From positions 3,739,780 through 3,803,779 of the forward strand of contig MU058009.1 of the NCBI GenBank assembly GCA_013265495.1: 64,000 nt of DNA, in the 5' to 3' direction. Below, piece after piece: positions 13,191 to 25,770 of the stretch (position 1 is the stretch's first letter; every line of letters starts with the position of its first letter). The position numbers were made by a program, and so were the translations under genes. The notes under the pieces were generated by a model. It was given only the letters and a program-made list of their open reading frames with translations, was not told the origin of the DNA and made no database searches. The DNA is from Vicugna vicugna (lineage: Eukaryota).

Positions 13191-13689
13191 AACGTTCGGG
13201 GATGGGGAATCATCCTCCGAGCAGATCGTTTGGAAAAAATGACAAGGCTTCTTCCGGGCATTTAGATGTGTGCATTTCAGTAACGGGCTTGCTCCGCCGC
13301 TCTGTCCTGAGGCTACCTATCAACTCTTACAGCGCTTCAACGAGGCACAGAGCGCGGGCGGATAACGGCGTCCCGGTTTCACTGACAGCGTCCCAAGCAG
13401 CAGTCAGTACAGTGCAGTCAAGGGCAACTCTAGACAGACAGATCGCTTCCTCCCTTTAAAGTAGTTTTCCAATCATAGTTTGCATCTCTCTTCCTCAAGA
13501 AAGGTCCACAAAGAACATTGTTTCAGTATACAAAGTAGCAGCACTGCTCCCAGCGCGGGGCTGGGGTGTCCCGGTCCCCTCCCGCAGCAGGGACCCCTCT
13601 AAGGACATCAAGGACTTCGTGACAGCTCAGAACCCCATGTGCTGAAGGCATGGAGCTTTCTTTAGACTCTCACAGGGCATGGTGTGGAT

Positions 13690-14220
13690 TAATAGTGATT
13701 TCCTCCCGTCTTAGATTTATTAATATTAGGTCACGTCAGGCAAACCTCATTTCCGACCTTGACAGTGTTTCGCAGGGAAATGCAGGAGGCGCGGTGAACT
13801 GGTATCTCAGGAACACATTTGACAAGGCTTTGGTAATAGCTTTGTCGGAGTGATGAAGAAACTCACGCTGAATACTAGTAAAATTAGGCGCATTAGTAAG
13901 TGGGTGAACACCTAGGCCAACAGGTGCTGAGCAAGTAATTGATCGATGTCAGGCGTGAGCTCAGGAGACACAGGGCAGCAGCCGTGTCCCGTGTCATTAA
14001 ACGTTTCCATCAGCCGTGAGGATGAAGACACGTGGACGACGCTTATCAAATTTCTGGATGACATGATTGGGAGGCAAAGCAAATTTATCAGGTGATCGAA
14101 TCCAGGAAGACCTTGTCGGGCTGGAGGAGTGGATCAAATCTAAGACGATGAAATTTAACAGGGGAAAAAGTGCAATATCTTATAATTAGGTTGAAAAAGT
14201 CAATTATTCAAACATAGACG
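13690..14220 (+). mobile_element. CR1/L3 LINE fossil covering the reverse-transcriptase core
   Basis: Translated pieces RFINIRSRQANLISDLDSV, YL..TFDK, IRRISKWVN, LNVSISREDEDTWTTLIKFLDDM (14042-14062 = LIKFLDD) and DRIQEDLVGLEEWIKSKTMKFNRGK are colinear with CR1 RT motifs GF.KGRSCLTNLISF.D, YLDF.KAFD, RWI.NWL, FNIFINDLD...LIKFADDT and IQ.DL..LE.W...N.MKFN..KC. Stops and frameshifts are present. Confidence 0.9.
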
Positions 14221-14489
14221 TATGTCATATCTTAGATTCCAGCGTGGTCTAGCTGCCTGCAAGAGCTTCCCCAGGGGAGGGGCTCTTTGACAGGGCCCTT
14301 CAGGTGGGTGATGCCACTGGGAGGAAGGCCAGAGCTTGAGGGGACAGCATGGGCTCTGAAGAGCAAGGCTGCAGGAGAGGGTGGTGGCCGGAGCCGGCAA
14401 CCGTTCCAGGCTGAGGTCCCGGTTCCAGGCTAAGTGAAAAAGAATGCTTTCCCTCATTTTCTGAATGCATTCATCATGCAGCCCCCACG

Positions 14490-14615
14490 GTGTCAGGTCT
14501 TTAAGGGCCCAGGCTCTAGACTCAAACTCTGCAGGATTGAATGTTGGCTTTGCAAGTTACTTAACTCCTCTGTGCCTTGATGTCTGCATCTGTAAAATGG
14601 GGATATATTGTAGCC
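14490..14615 (+). mobile_element. MIR SINE
   Basis: caggctctagactca...gcaagttacttaactcctctgtgccttgatgtctgcatctgtaaaatggggata. Confidence 0.85.
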
Positions 14616-16699
14616 GCCTACCTTGTAGGGTGTGGTTTCCGAGGACAGGGCCAGGTTGTGCAGAGCACTTCCCACGGCCTGAAGAGCTGGCCTGGATGGG
14701 TCTGCCTCTCTCCCTGCTGTCTGCTCAGAAGTCCTTATTCAGTGAGTGGCAGCTCAGCACGGAGCTGGTCTGTAAGGTGCCAGGAGGGCCCGCGGGGGGC
14801 CTGTGGGAGGCAGGGAGGCTGGGGCTCTGTGTGGACCACCCGTGAGAGCTAATCGGCTCCATCTGTCTTCATTTTGCTCACCCCTCTGTCGGATGCCACA
14901 AGCAGCTCACTTCCTATGTTTATAACCATCCCTGGTCAGTCGTTTCTCTGCCCGCTGTCTCATGCTCGTGGTGTGAATGCTGGCTGTGTTATCACAGGCT
15001 GGACCCCGTTTTGGGCATAACTCTGGTCGACTGCGGTTCTGAGACCTTTATGGCCACATTATGGGCTGCGGCCGAGCTGTGATGACACGTCAGCCCAGTA
15101 AGGCCACAGACAGCGACCTGGCCGACACCCACCCACCTGCCACCCCTGCCCTCTGCGGGCAGCTGGAGCTCGCGTGGTCGCTGCAGGCAAATCGTGATCT
15201 GCGAGAAACAGAGAGAGAACAAAGGGTCAGGCGCGCGCATCAGGACTTGGGGGAGACCAGGGCTACTGCGCAGGGCTGAGGGCTCCCAAGACCGTCTCCT
15301 TTGGCCAAATGACCTGACAGACAGAGGGCGTTGATGGAAGGAGGTGAGCGGGAGAAGTCTGTACTTGAACTGACCTTTCTCGAGACCCCCTCCCCATCTC
15401 CAGGCCTGCAATGGGCCGTAGATTTTTTTCCATCCTGTGTCTGAAATCAGGAACATGAGTCAGTGTCTCCTCTTACTCCCAGCATCAAGCGTGTCACATT
15501 CTTAAGATTGTTTTTCTGACGGCAATGAACAAAAAAATCTCTTTTAGTCCCATTGCATTTGGGCTTTTGTGGGGTCCTATGAATGAACCACTGGAACCAC
15601 AGTCACACGGGAAGTAGCAAAAAGTCCCTCTCCTGGAAGTCACGGTGGCCGTCAGAAGGTGAGAAATAGTTACATTTGGTCTGTGGATAAACAAAAAAAT
15701 TGGGTGGGGGACAAGCAGTGACATTTCGGAGGACTGGATGGCCCTGGGTTATTGTTAGAAGAGAGTGGGATACTGTGATGCCACATGCATATTCAGAGAA
15801 ACTGTGTTCTCATTTTGGGAGGAGCCAGCATACCAGCCCCCTCAGCCACGCTGTCCTCCTCCTGTTCACAGAACCACAGGCGCCGGCACTTCCTTCCCTT
15901 GTTCCTGGTTCCTGGCTCTTCCCAGGCCCCACGGCTCTCCCCTGCCCCTGCAGTCTTGTCACCTCCTGACTCTGTCCTTCCTCCTTTCTCCCTCTTTATC
16001 CCCAAGTGTGGACACTGCTCTCTCCCTTGTGTGGCCACATGGCAGTAGCCCCGGGGGAGCTACCCCAGGAAAGAGCAGTCCAGTTTGACAGCCGACATCA
16101 CACGTCTGACACTCGTCACTCCGGCGTTGCCCTGGGGTCCCCCCTCCTGGAGCCCTGGTCCTTCTCTGAATTCCAGGGCCCGGCCTGCTGCTTCTCAAGG
16201 ACAGTGAGCTACCCAGGCCACCCTCAGTCCCCAGAGCGTGGCTCTGCCCACAGGGACACGGAGCTCGATGTTCCTGTGCAGAACCTCTCCATCCTGGTGA
16301 GCTCCGGGTCTCCTTCTCGATGGGACTCCAGCCCTGAACTCTGCAAATCAAAAGGTCTCTTGAAGTCCTCGCCCACCCCACTCCCAACCTGCCGCCCCGG
16401 AACACAGGAAGTGCTGTTGCTTTAAAAGTTACACCCTTGTGGGGGAGGGGGTCCTACACTCTCAAAATCTGTTCTACCCGTGCATCCAGAATCGCCTGGG
16501 GAAACGCGCGGCCTGGAATCGACACCAACTGGCACCAACCAGCTTATGGGAAACTTGGAGAAAGAAAGCGCCCCGCTCGGCCGCCTGTCAGCCATGGGCC
16601 CAGCAGCATGGAAATGAATGCTTATCTTTTTTTAGGCCCCGAGCAGTGTCTTCACTTCTAAATTTAAGTGATACGTTGCTAAAGTTAACTTAGCAGTTA

Positions 16700-16915
16700 A
16701 GCTATGCTTAGGAGTTAGACGGCCTGCATTTTAAATCTAAGCTTTGCCACTTACTAGCTTTGTTTTGTTTTGTTTTGTTTTGACTCTGGACAAGCTTCCA
16801 TTTTCTCATCTGAAAAAGGGAATCATATTTGCCTCAGAGTTGACGGGAAGAACCATCAACCGATGTCCTCGACGCACTCAGGCCCGTTCTGGGCACCGAG
16901 TTAACACTCGGCAAT
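16700..16915 (+). mobile_element. MIR SINE
   Basis: ggagttagacggcctgc...aaatctaagctttgccacttactagct...ttttctcatctgaaaaaggg. Confidence 0.75.
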
Positions 16916-17083
16916 TACACGTTGGTATCATTCACCACAATCAACGTCACATCCCCCCAACTCCCCGGCCACTAATTTTCTGTTGGGCAAACACCTCAAA
17001 AACCCCAGAGCAGCCTCTTCTCAGACTCACCGCAGCTCAGCGATGGGGCCAGTGCATCAGAACCGGGCACCCGTGAGTCCCGC

Positions 17084-17738
17084 TGCTGCCGGTGGATGTG
17101 GCCAGTGTCCAGGCGCTTGTCCCATCGCAGCAAGAATTCAGAGACAAGACGCAGAGGTTAAGACAGTAAAGTGGGGATTTGTTAAGGGCTGGACGGCACA
17201 CTCTCAAGGGGAGGGCGGGCAGGCTCAGGTGAGCGGCTGCCCTGAGTCTCTGGCACGGTGGTTACACAGGGTGTAGAAATGAGTGGGCGGAATAGTCACT
17301 GGGGAGGGAAGGGCCTGGGGTCGCATCCCCTGATTTTCCTCCCAGCTCCCCCTTCCCGAGGCGAGGAGGGATTTCTGTCCTTATTTAGTCTGGATCAGAA
17401 GTGTCACGGCGTCCGTGCATGATGGGTACTTCTACTCTGCAAGGCTGATTTTATTGAAATGAGGGCAGAATGAGCACGAGGTTACAGTCAGACACTGGAG
17501 ATTCCTGCCTCTTTCCACCTTTCTTTGTCGGCCTCTAGGGCACTTGTCACCCCAAAATGTGTGACCACTTATCAGGCCAGGGGTTCCTACTTTTCTTTCT
17601 CTGCCCGGGGACCCCTGGTGCTCACATGATGCAGGGTTTCCTGCATGTGGCCGGTGGCCCTCCTTCCTGCCCCATTCCTGCCGTGTGGCCTGCGCCCCGC
17701 TTTCTCTGCTCGCACCTAGCTGTCCGCCTGCGCTAACA
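17084..17738 (-). mobile_element. ERV1-class solo LTR
   Basis: TG...CA termini (tgctgccggtgg ... gcgctaaca). The 4-bp flanks ccgc (17080-83) and ccac (17739-42) fit a TSD with one CpG transition. gtccagg..cttg..caagaattcagagacaagacgcag resembles MER4-group LTR ends. Confidence 0.75.
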
Positions 17739-18454
17739 CCACCACCTCAGCCCTGCCTGCCCATTTCCCCCTGGGGGCCCTGAACCACAGCCGCGCTCCT
17801 CTGTGGAGGTTCTCAGGGGCGCTAAGGGAGGGGTGGCCTTTAGGGCAGTGGCTCTGGATGTAAGCCCTGCCCTCACCGTGCTCCCCTCCCCAGCGTGGGT
17901 GCCGTCTCCCGCTCCCCCAGACCCGTTCCTCACCCATTTCCGCGGCACGTGGGAGCCTGCGGGGATGAGCTCTCCCGCCAGTTCCCACAACACTAGGGTG
18001 GATTATGCGCTGTGCTCTTCCAGTTGGATTCAGATCCCTGAGCTGGATCCCACCCTGCTGGCCTTGAGAGTAGAGAAGAGGGGCTCTCTCTCTGCACCTG
18101 AATTTAACTCATTTCAGAGAAATTTGAAACCTCACCATGGTACCACCTCCACCCAGCCGCCCCCACCCACAATACCTGCTTCTCATTATTGAATTCTTTA
18201 GCCCTTGTGCCAAATAGATATTAAAATATTAAATCTGTCTCAGATATCTTCTTCATAAAATATTAAGGGGAAACGTTCGTGTTAACAATGTTTTAACATG
18301 AAATAATAAACAAACTGCAGTAATTGGATATTTTTCTTCCGAAGGTCATATGCTTCCGCAGAAACCACCCCAGCGATTGTGCAACTCGGAAGAGTAATCA
18401 CACCTTACACTCAGACACTGCGCTTTTTTGTGTTCAAAGAACATTCTTTAAACA

Positions 18455-18590
18455 TTAATTAGTTACTCCATCAAATATCCTAGGAGGTGTGGATTAATAT
18501 CTGCTCGATGCAGATGGGGACGCAAGGAGAGAACAAGGCTGCGTCGGCCTCACATCACACAGCGATTCTGAGGCAGGAATTTTTAGCTAA
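18455..18590 (-). mobile_element. MIR SINE (degenerate)
   Basis: atcctaggaggtgtggattaatatctgc...gcagatggggacgcaagg...catcacacagcga. Confidence 0.5.
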
Positions 18591-20987
18591 ATCCTCATGA
18601 ATGGACCAGAAATAAGACACAAGTAGGGCTGAGAGATCGAGGGTAATTTACCCTAAATTTCTTGGAGGTTTATTCTATTCTCTGATGTGCATGAGCCCTA
18701 TGGATGATCCCCTCTGAAACGCTCTCATCTCCCTCCTTAAATCAGAAGTTGTTTGACCCCAAGAGTCTCCAGCTCTAAGATGTTACCGCCTGACAAGGTG
18801 GGGGTGCTTGGTTTTGACGACCACTTCAACCACAGGTGACTTTGCCCAAATGCCAAGAAGTAGAGGGGAGAGGACTGCCGGGACAGAAGACAACGCGCAG
18901 GGTCCCCAGCATCTCCCGGGAAGCCGCCGCCCCCGACTAGGACAGAAGGAGCCGAGACAAACTGGCTGCAAGCCCACTCTGCTGACGCCAGCCCTGAGTC
19001 ACGGGTGTGCGTCCCTCGGCCCCTGCTCCCTGCTGATCTTGAGGACGTGCGATGTGCCGTCACATAAAACCTCTTGCAACCGTTCCCAATAATTGCGGCA
19101 TGAAAAGTGAACTGATCAGCATCTCACTTTTATGGCCAGCCACTAACCCAGCCAGCATTTTCTAATAATACTTTGCCTTGATATCCCAGGATCGCAGAGC
19201 AATTTACCAAGATTAATTAGAAGCGCCTTAGCGCTCGCATCCGTGGTGGAGGCAGGGGCAGAGGCCACGAGAGGGGAGCTAAATTAGCCTCCCCCGAGAG
19301 TGGGAGGTGTAGATTGCCAGTGAGCGCTTGTCTGGTGGAAGCCAGGTCTATATCTGAGGATAAAACCCCGTGTCCCATTAGCAGGCAGGAGAGAAACAAT
19401 GTGTCATCTGATATCCCGAAAGGATTCAACTGGGAGGAAGTAATGAGGCTCTGTGTGTTTATTTTTTAGTTGAAAAATGATGTAAATATCCAAATTTGTT
19501 ACTGCCCCCAGGGTCCTGGCAAGATGCCCAAGGTATCTACAATCTTGCGAGATTGCAGTTTGCATCACGCGGCAGGGTCACTTCACTTTTTGCTCTCCCC
19601 TGCCCCAGAGTCCACTGTCCCTGCTTCCCTGGGAGGGCAAGGACATCACTGGCTGGAGTTGAGATGACCCTTGGATGGGTGCAGTATGGAGGCACCACCC
19701 CAGGCCGGGCAGTGCACGGACCAGCTTGGCAAAGAATAGGGGATGATGGCAGAGAAAGGAGGCTCTCAGGCCATTGAGGGAGCGCAGCTGTGGAGGGGCC
19801 AAGGGGAGGGCGGGGGAAGCTGCGGTGACGTCCTGTTTTGTTCTTGCAACCAAGGCACAAATTAAGGCAAAATTAGAGACTTTCTTTGGGCGATTGGACG
19901 GATGGGAGGAGGAGGAAGACGGGGAAGAAGCAGAGCTTTTAAGGACAGCAATTTGAGAACATCTGAGACAAATCTGTGGTCGATTCTTCTCCCCTTTTGG
20001 TGGGTTAGTTAGTGACTTTCTTTTTGGATTCCGGAGGGGTCCTTCCCCCCTTCCGTTCCCTTTTTTGCACCATGCACATGTAAATGTGATTGAGAATTCT
20101 TTCGTCAGATCTGCTGCCTTGGCAGCCTTCCTGCCAGCTGGCCTGGCTGGGGGAACCCACGCTGGTGGCTGATTGCCATTGACAAGTTCTCCCAGGCTTT
20201 GAGGGAGGAAGTTTGCCTCGGAGACACTGCCAGACCCTTGTCTGGGCTTCGGTGCCTGGAGGGAAGGAGGGCACAGGGGACCCCCCAGCGGGACTGCACG
20301 GCTCTCTGCCCAGGGTTGGAGGCATGGAGCTGCCCGGGCCACCACGCCATTTTGTCTTTGTCCGGGCAGCAGACAGTGACTAGCGCAGAATGTTCCTTAC
20401 CAGCATCAGAGCATCATTCCGTGCAGAATCCCGGGTGCCCAAAGTCCATCTTGAAAGGCCGTGTTAGCCACACCCCGTCCTCTGATTCTAATTCAGGCAT
20501 TTCATCAAAACACCAACATACAACAGGTGCGAAAACCTCGCCCACCCGAGATGACTGCAGCTTTCGGACAACGCAGTCTTTTGTTTCTGTTTCAGTTCTT
20601 TCCCCTGTTTTGCACCCTCTTTCCCCACCCTGGCTTCAGGCCATTTTGTTAGTGTTTTTTCCTCCCTTCTTTCCTTTCCTTTCCCTAGCCAGGCACATTC
20701 TCCCTGGTTTACCAGGACCTAACTCAAGGCTCACATCCTGCACAAACTTCTCTGGTAACTAGCAGGGATCATGTGTGCGAACTTTTGCACACAGCACCTG
20801 CTCACCTGCTCTACCAGGTCGACAGGATTATGCCCCATCACTGTCATCTCCGCCTAGTGCGTGCCTGTGAGCGGGCGTGTGAGCACAGTCCTCCTGGACA
20901 GCATGTCAGCTTTTCCTTCTTTATCTCAGGGTCACGAGGCGACAGGTGCGCCAAGTCTCTGCACAGGTCGCTTTTTGTGTGGGAGGT

Positions 20988-21429
20988 TGTGGCAGCCAGC
21001 CTCTGAGAGGGTCCCCGAGACCCTCTCCTCCTGTTTGTGTGCTGTGTGACCCCTCCCCTGGAGAGGGGGCTGCACTTACTGATTGGATTCTAGCCAATAA
21101 AATATGGCAGAAGTGCTGGGATGTCACTTCCAACACTGAGTTATAAAAAGACTGTGACAAGCCCTCTCGCGCCGTGGACAGCCCCCCCAAGGGGAGCAGG
21201 CTGCCACGCTGGGAGGCAGCCCGCGGGGAGGCCCCCTGGGCCAGGGGCCACGCCTGCTGACGCTCGCGTGAGTGAGACTGAAGCAGGTCCCCCCTCTCCA
21301 GCTGAGCCTCCGGGTGAGGCCACTGCCCTGGCCAACAGTGTGACTGTAGCCTCACGAGAGACCTTGAGCTGGATCTGTGAGATAAGCAGTTTTCAGCTTA
21401 GTTGTCACCTAGCCGGGGATAATGAACAC
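20988..21429 (+). mobile_element. MaLR LTR (MLT1E/F-like)
   Basis: tgtggcagccagcctctgag...aatatggcagaagtgctgggatgtcacttcc...ccagctgagcctc..gtgaggccactgccctggccaac...tgtagcctcacgagagacc. Confidence 0.8.
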
Positions 21430-21724
21430 GGGTTCTCAGCCCAGCGCCCTACTCCCTCCTCCTAGGCACTTCCAAGAAAAGGGCGCTAGGTTCTCAGCCA
21501 GCTTCAGCATGAAGAAACTACCTTGAATGTGTTTTTCAAGCTCTGGAGGGGCCATCTGTGTTGCTGATCTCACACTGTCCGTATCTAAAGCTAGAGCAAC
21601 CTCAACTACGGAAAGTGGCGTCAGGCGATGGTCCACAGCAAATTAGCTTCAGTTGACTTAAAAAAATCAGTAAATGCTCGATTAGAGGGCTCTGGAGCAA
21701 GCGGAAGAGCTCAGAGAAGGAGCG

Positions 21725-21935
21725 GGCACTGAACGGTGCCTACTCTGTGCAGGCGTCACTCCATGAGGCTTCCGTCATATTATCTCATTTAATCCTCGCG
21801 TCTGTCCCGTGAAGTGGGTCCTGTCATGAGCTCCATCTGACAGGTGGGGCGGCCAAGGCAGAGAGTTTAAATACCCTTTTCAGCGTTACAGAGCTAACAG
21901 ATGTCTGACTTCAGAGCCCATTCTCTTGACCATAA
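21725..21935 (-). mobile_element. MIR SINE
   Basis: tattatctcatttaatcctc...cccgtgaagtggg...gacaggtggggcggccaaggcagagagtttaa...tctgacttcagagccc. Confidence 0.8.
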
Positions 21936-22389
21936 ATTCAAGTTATTAGATACAGCCAGGTCTAAAGACTCACAAATGCTGGGTGATTAAAAACTCGATG
22001 AATTACCTAGACGTGGAACGAATCTGATACTAGATGTAGATTGCACAGTTTCACCCCATGTGTGTAAACCTTGCTTCTCGGTCACGGTACACATCCCCAC
22101 GACTGGACCCATACCTTCGACGCTCCCCAGCACCTGGTCCAGGACTCTGTCCTTTCACAAGCAAGCACCGGAAACAATGGGAGCAGGGAAGCAGGTCCCA
22201 CAGGGACAGGAAGAAGCATGGCAGTTGTCAGCGTTGAAGGAACGATGGCCAGAGACCAAACCAAGGGCAGGGTTGGCGACATAAAATGTGAGACGGAGAA
22301 AAAGCAAGTCTGTATCTTTAGGAGGAGGCCGGTGGGCAAGAGTGAGCAGACATTGAAGGTGGAGCAACACAAGGACTCAGAAAGGCAGC

Positions 22390-22625
22390 CTCTAATGGAC
22401 CACTTGGGCGTCCCAGGCACCATGATAAACGATATGTGCGCCCTGTCTTGTCTGGTCCTCACATCACCATACAGCCTGGTTACTAAAAGGACGCCCATTT
22501 CACAGATGAAGAAACCGAGGCACAGAGAGGTCCCTGTTAATCCCAAACCACAAGGACTAAATAGAAGGACCAGGACACAAATCCAAGACGGCCTGAATCT
22601 AAAACCCTTCCTCCTAACCACTGCA
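22390..22625 (-). mobile_element. MIR SINE
   Basis: cccatttcacagatgaagaaaccgaggcacagagagg is a near-consensus reverse MIR core. Confidence 0.85.
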
Positions 22626-22867
22626 CCAAGTTTCCTTGACGATCTGGTTTGAGGCGGTGCTACCAGAAAGCCAAGGCTCTGCGCAGTCTGAACTGAGCAC
22701 TGGGACTGTTTATCCTTTGATGCTTTCATAGGTTAGAGCAGGAGCGCAAACCGCAGCGACAGCCGGCGCGGCCTGACGCCGTGGCAACCTGACTCCGCCT
22801 GGCGCTAGAGCAGCCTGTCAGAAGGAGCCAGGGGCTGGGGCAGGTCCTCCTGGGAAGGATTTCACCC

Positions 22868-22975
22868 AACATCAAATATTTAACACTTTGCATCTATTCT
22901 GGGTGAGGCGTCGGGCCCGGCGCTGTGGGTCTATGAAGACAAGGTTCTGATCCTGTCTAGGAAGGCAGCGCGTGT
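22868..22975 (-). mobile_element. L2 LINE 3' end fragment
   Basis: catcaaatatttaac...atgaagacaaggttctgatcctgtc. Confidence 0.45.
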
Positions 22976-24829
22976 CAGTCCACAACTCAGGGCAACGCGT
23001 AACCACCGCTAAGTGAGGCAGAGATGTTAGCTGCCTGGCGGATCCGGAGACGGCCCGCTGGGAGCCTTGTGCTGCGATTTGAGTTTTGAACAAGAGATCT
23101 TACCGAGCGAGACAGAGAGAGGGAGAAACAGCGCTACCGCGAGCTCGGAGTCGGGGAGGACGCCGCCCAGTCTCGAAGCCAACTCTGACGTGGGCATGGC
23201 CAGTCTCGCCCCACCCTCATGGCCCACGAAGGAGCGAGGCCGTCTCTGTCCCGTGGGCCTGGCTTTGCTGCGGAGGGTTTTGAGGAGACGGGCGGGATGG
23301 TGAAGGCAGTGTTGAAGGGAGGGTATGAAAGCGGAGTTGGACAGGGGACCACACCGTGTTTAACCCGGACAAAATCTAGACTCTGGTGATGGGGGCGCTG
23401 GGCTGGAAGGCAGGGGACCCAGATTCCAGGCATCTCCTGCCACGAGCAGCCTGAGTGAGGTGGGGCTGGGCGCCTCTCTTCTCCGGGATACACGTGGTCC
23501 AGTTTTTTCATAAAGTGAGGGTCTTGGAGAACATCTCGGCGTTCCTCCTGCACGAGGGTTCTGGGAAGGTCCGTGGCCAGGCTGGCCCCCCTGGGATTAG
23601 GGAGTGAGGAGCTGCCTGCACATCCAGCCTGGCCCCGCACACGCCGGACGCCTCCTGCCTCCTTCCTCGACAGCATGTGCAGCCAGTGGTTCCCTCCTGT
23701 CCCCGTGGTCAGCCCCAAGTCGTGGTCCTTCTTTCCTGTTTAGCGCATGGTAGGCCTTGACTATGACGAGGACATGGCCAGCCCCGCCCGGCCCTCAGCA
23801 CCTCTGTCCGAGTGTTCACACACCGTGCACAGGCATGCACACGCATGCACATGCACTCCCTCCTCTGTTCCCAGTTGGCCTCCTGGCTCTCTCCCCGTCT
23901 TCCCCACCACCTCTTGCTCTCTTGCTCCTCCCGGTCTTCTTGCCAGCCCTCAATCGCCACGTTCCCCGTGCTGCCGCCCCAGGCCCCCTCTGCCTGCCCG
24001 GTGTCCCCACCGCCACCTTCCTGAGGTGCGCCGCCCCCGTCACTCTCTGGCCAGGCCTGGCAGTGGGAATTGCAACTCGCCTTGTTCACAGTGCATTGTA
24101 ATTGCAGACGCGGACTGAGCTGTCACTTGTAATTTTATCTTGTCCTCTTCTCCCCACACGCTCCCTTGCCTAAGTGTCAAGCGATCGCCCTTGTGAGAGG
24201 TGGCATTGGCAGGAAGCGTGCTCCCACATCCAGCAAGAAGCAAGCCATTATTTCTCCTCTTTGCCTCCCTCCCCATGTGAGAGATGAAACAGGCCAAGAA
24301 CAGACCTGCCTTCCTGCAGCCCTGCCCACCCTCCCAGCACTCCTTTCCCTGGTCCCTCAGCCCCTCCAGCCACTTCGACTGCTCCAGCAGATTCGGAGAT
24401 TAGAACCAGAGGAACAGGAGCCATTGAAATCCTGGTGGGCAGGGTGTTGAGTCTCCGGAAGCCAGGCTGCCCTCCCGCAGGGCAGGGGCTGAGCATCCAG
24501 AGCGTGTAGGCTCCAGGGGGCGCCATCAGTGCACCTGTAACAGGCTGAGGGGAAGACCTGCCCAGCCCATGCCAGCCTCTGCCCGCCCCCCTACCTAGTT
24601 ACAGCTCTGCAGAGAGCCTTAGCACCCCTGTGCGCAGGCGAGGAAAGCAAACTGCAGTGCCCAGCGCGGGGCCACCCAGCCGGGGGTGTGCAAGAACGCT
24701 GGGCTTTAACTAACACCGCCTGATCCCCACGCTCCCCGGGGATTTCCTGTGTTTTGTTCTGCATGTTTGTCTGCATTTCTGGATGCACTCCGTTCTGCAC
24801 TCACCATATCAATTTATGACGCTCTGTCT

Positions 24830-24965
24830 GTCTCTCTGTCTGCTACAAGACCGCAGCGTCCTCGAGGGCAGATCCTACCTCTAATTCCATGTGCCCCTTT
24901 CGGCCCCAGCCCCACGCCCAGAGCCCGGTGGGTGGGTCTGCTACATGTATTTGTTAAGAATGAGT
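24830..24965 (+). mobile_element. L2 LINE 3' end fragment
   Basis: ctacaagac...tcctcgagggcag...ccccagccccacgcccagagcccgg...atgtatttgttaagaatga. Confidence 0.55.
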
Positions 24966-25584
24966 GCCTCCCGAGGGCTGGTGTTTCTTTGGCAGGGTTG
25001 CTGTCTGGCAGTCGCTAAATTCTGTGCACCAGCCTTATGTTCTTATGTTTCTGATGAACATGGAAAATTCTTGACCTCTAGGTGCCTAAGTTTGATTGTC
25101 TTAGACAAACTTGGAAGGCAGGCAGTTCAGAGTATATACCTCCTGGCAGTTTGATTCAGGAGAAAAAAAAAATCACACACCTTTAGTCCCATTTGTATGT
25201 TGTTTAATTTGGAGAGAAACTCTGGTATGTCGTGTAGACAGTTTTTTGAGATGTACACCCGTTTGTCCTGTGCCTGTCCGAGCACTGACTGTTTGTGCTC
25301 AGGTGGGGGAATTAGGGGTGGGTGTCCTTTGAGTTCTTTCCCTCCAAGTCTTACATAATATTCTCATGTTATAACGCACACAAATGCGCTAATTTAAGAA
25401 AGATTGGTGGCAATGCCTTTTCCGAGGGAATACTGCAGCATGTTGAAGGGATGATGCGCGCTCTGGCTCGTGGATCTTCACAAGACCTAGAGACGTTGGT
25501 AGGAGGGAAGAAAGGATCATTACACACTCAAAGTGTCACAGCAATCAGTTCTCCCTTCTCCCCCTGCCTGATGCTCTGTCCCTG

Positions 25585-25770
25585 CTCAGCCACTCACTAG
25601 CTGTGTGTCTTTGAGCCTCTTACTCAACCTCTCTGTGCTGCCAGGTCCTTATTTGTAAAACTGGGCTCATGATGCCTCTGCCTTACAGGATTTTGTTAGG
25701 CTCAAACTGATCATAAAATGTATGCAGAATGCCTAGTATAGTGTCTAACGCACAGAAAGCCTTCAATTAA
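25585..25770 (+). mobile_element. MIR SINE
   Basis: gccactcactagctgtgtgtcttgagcctcttactcaacctctctgtg...atttgtaaaactggg...cctagtatagtgtctaacgcacag. Confidence 0.85.

Noticed and set aside
19470..19532. Possible 63-bp exon (ttttttag acceptor, aag/gtatct donor)
   Set aside because: Weak donor, unrecognised peptide and no partner exons; needs RNA-seq.
19578..20345. 255-aa minus-strand ORF
   Set aside because: Low complexity, no recognisable homology or exon structure.
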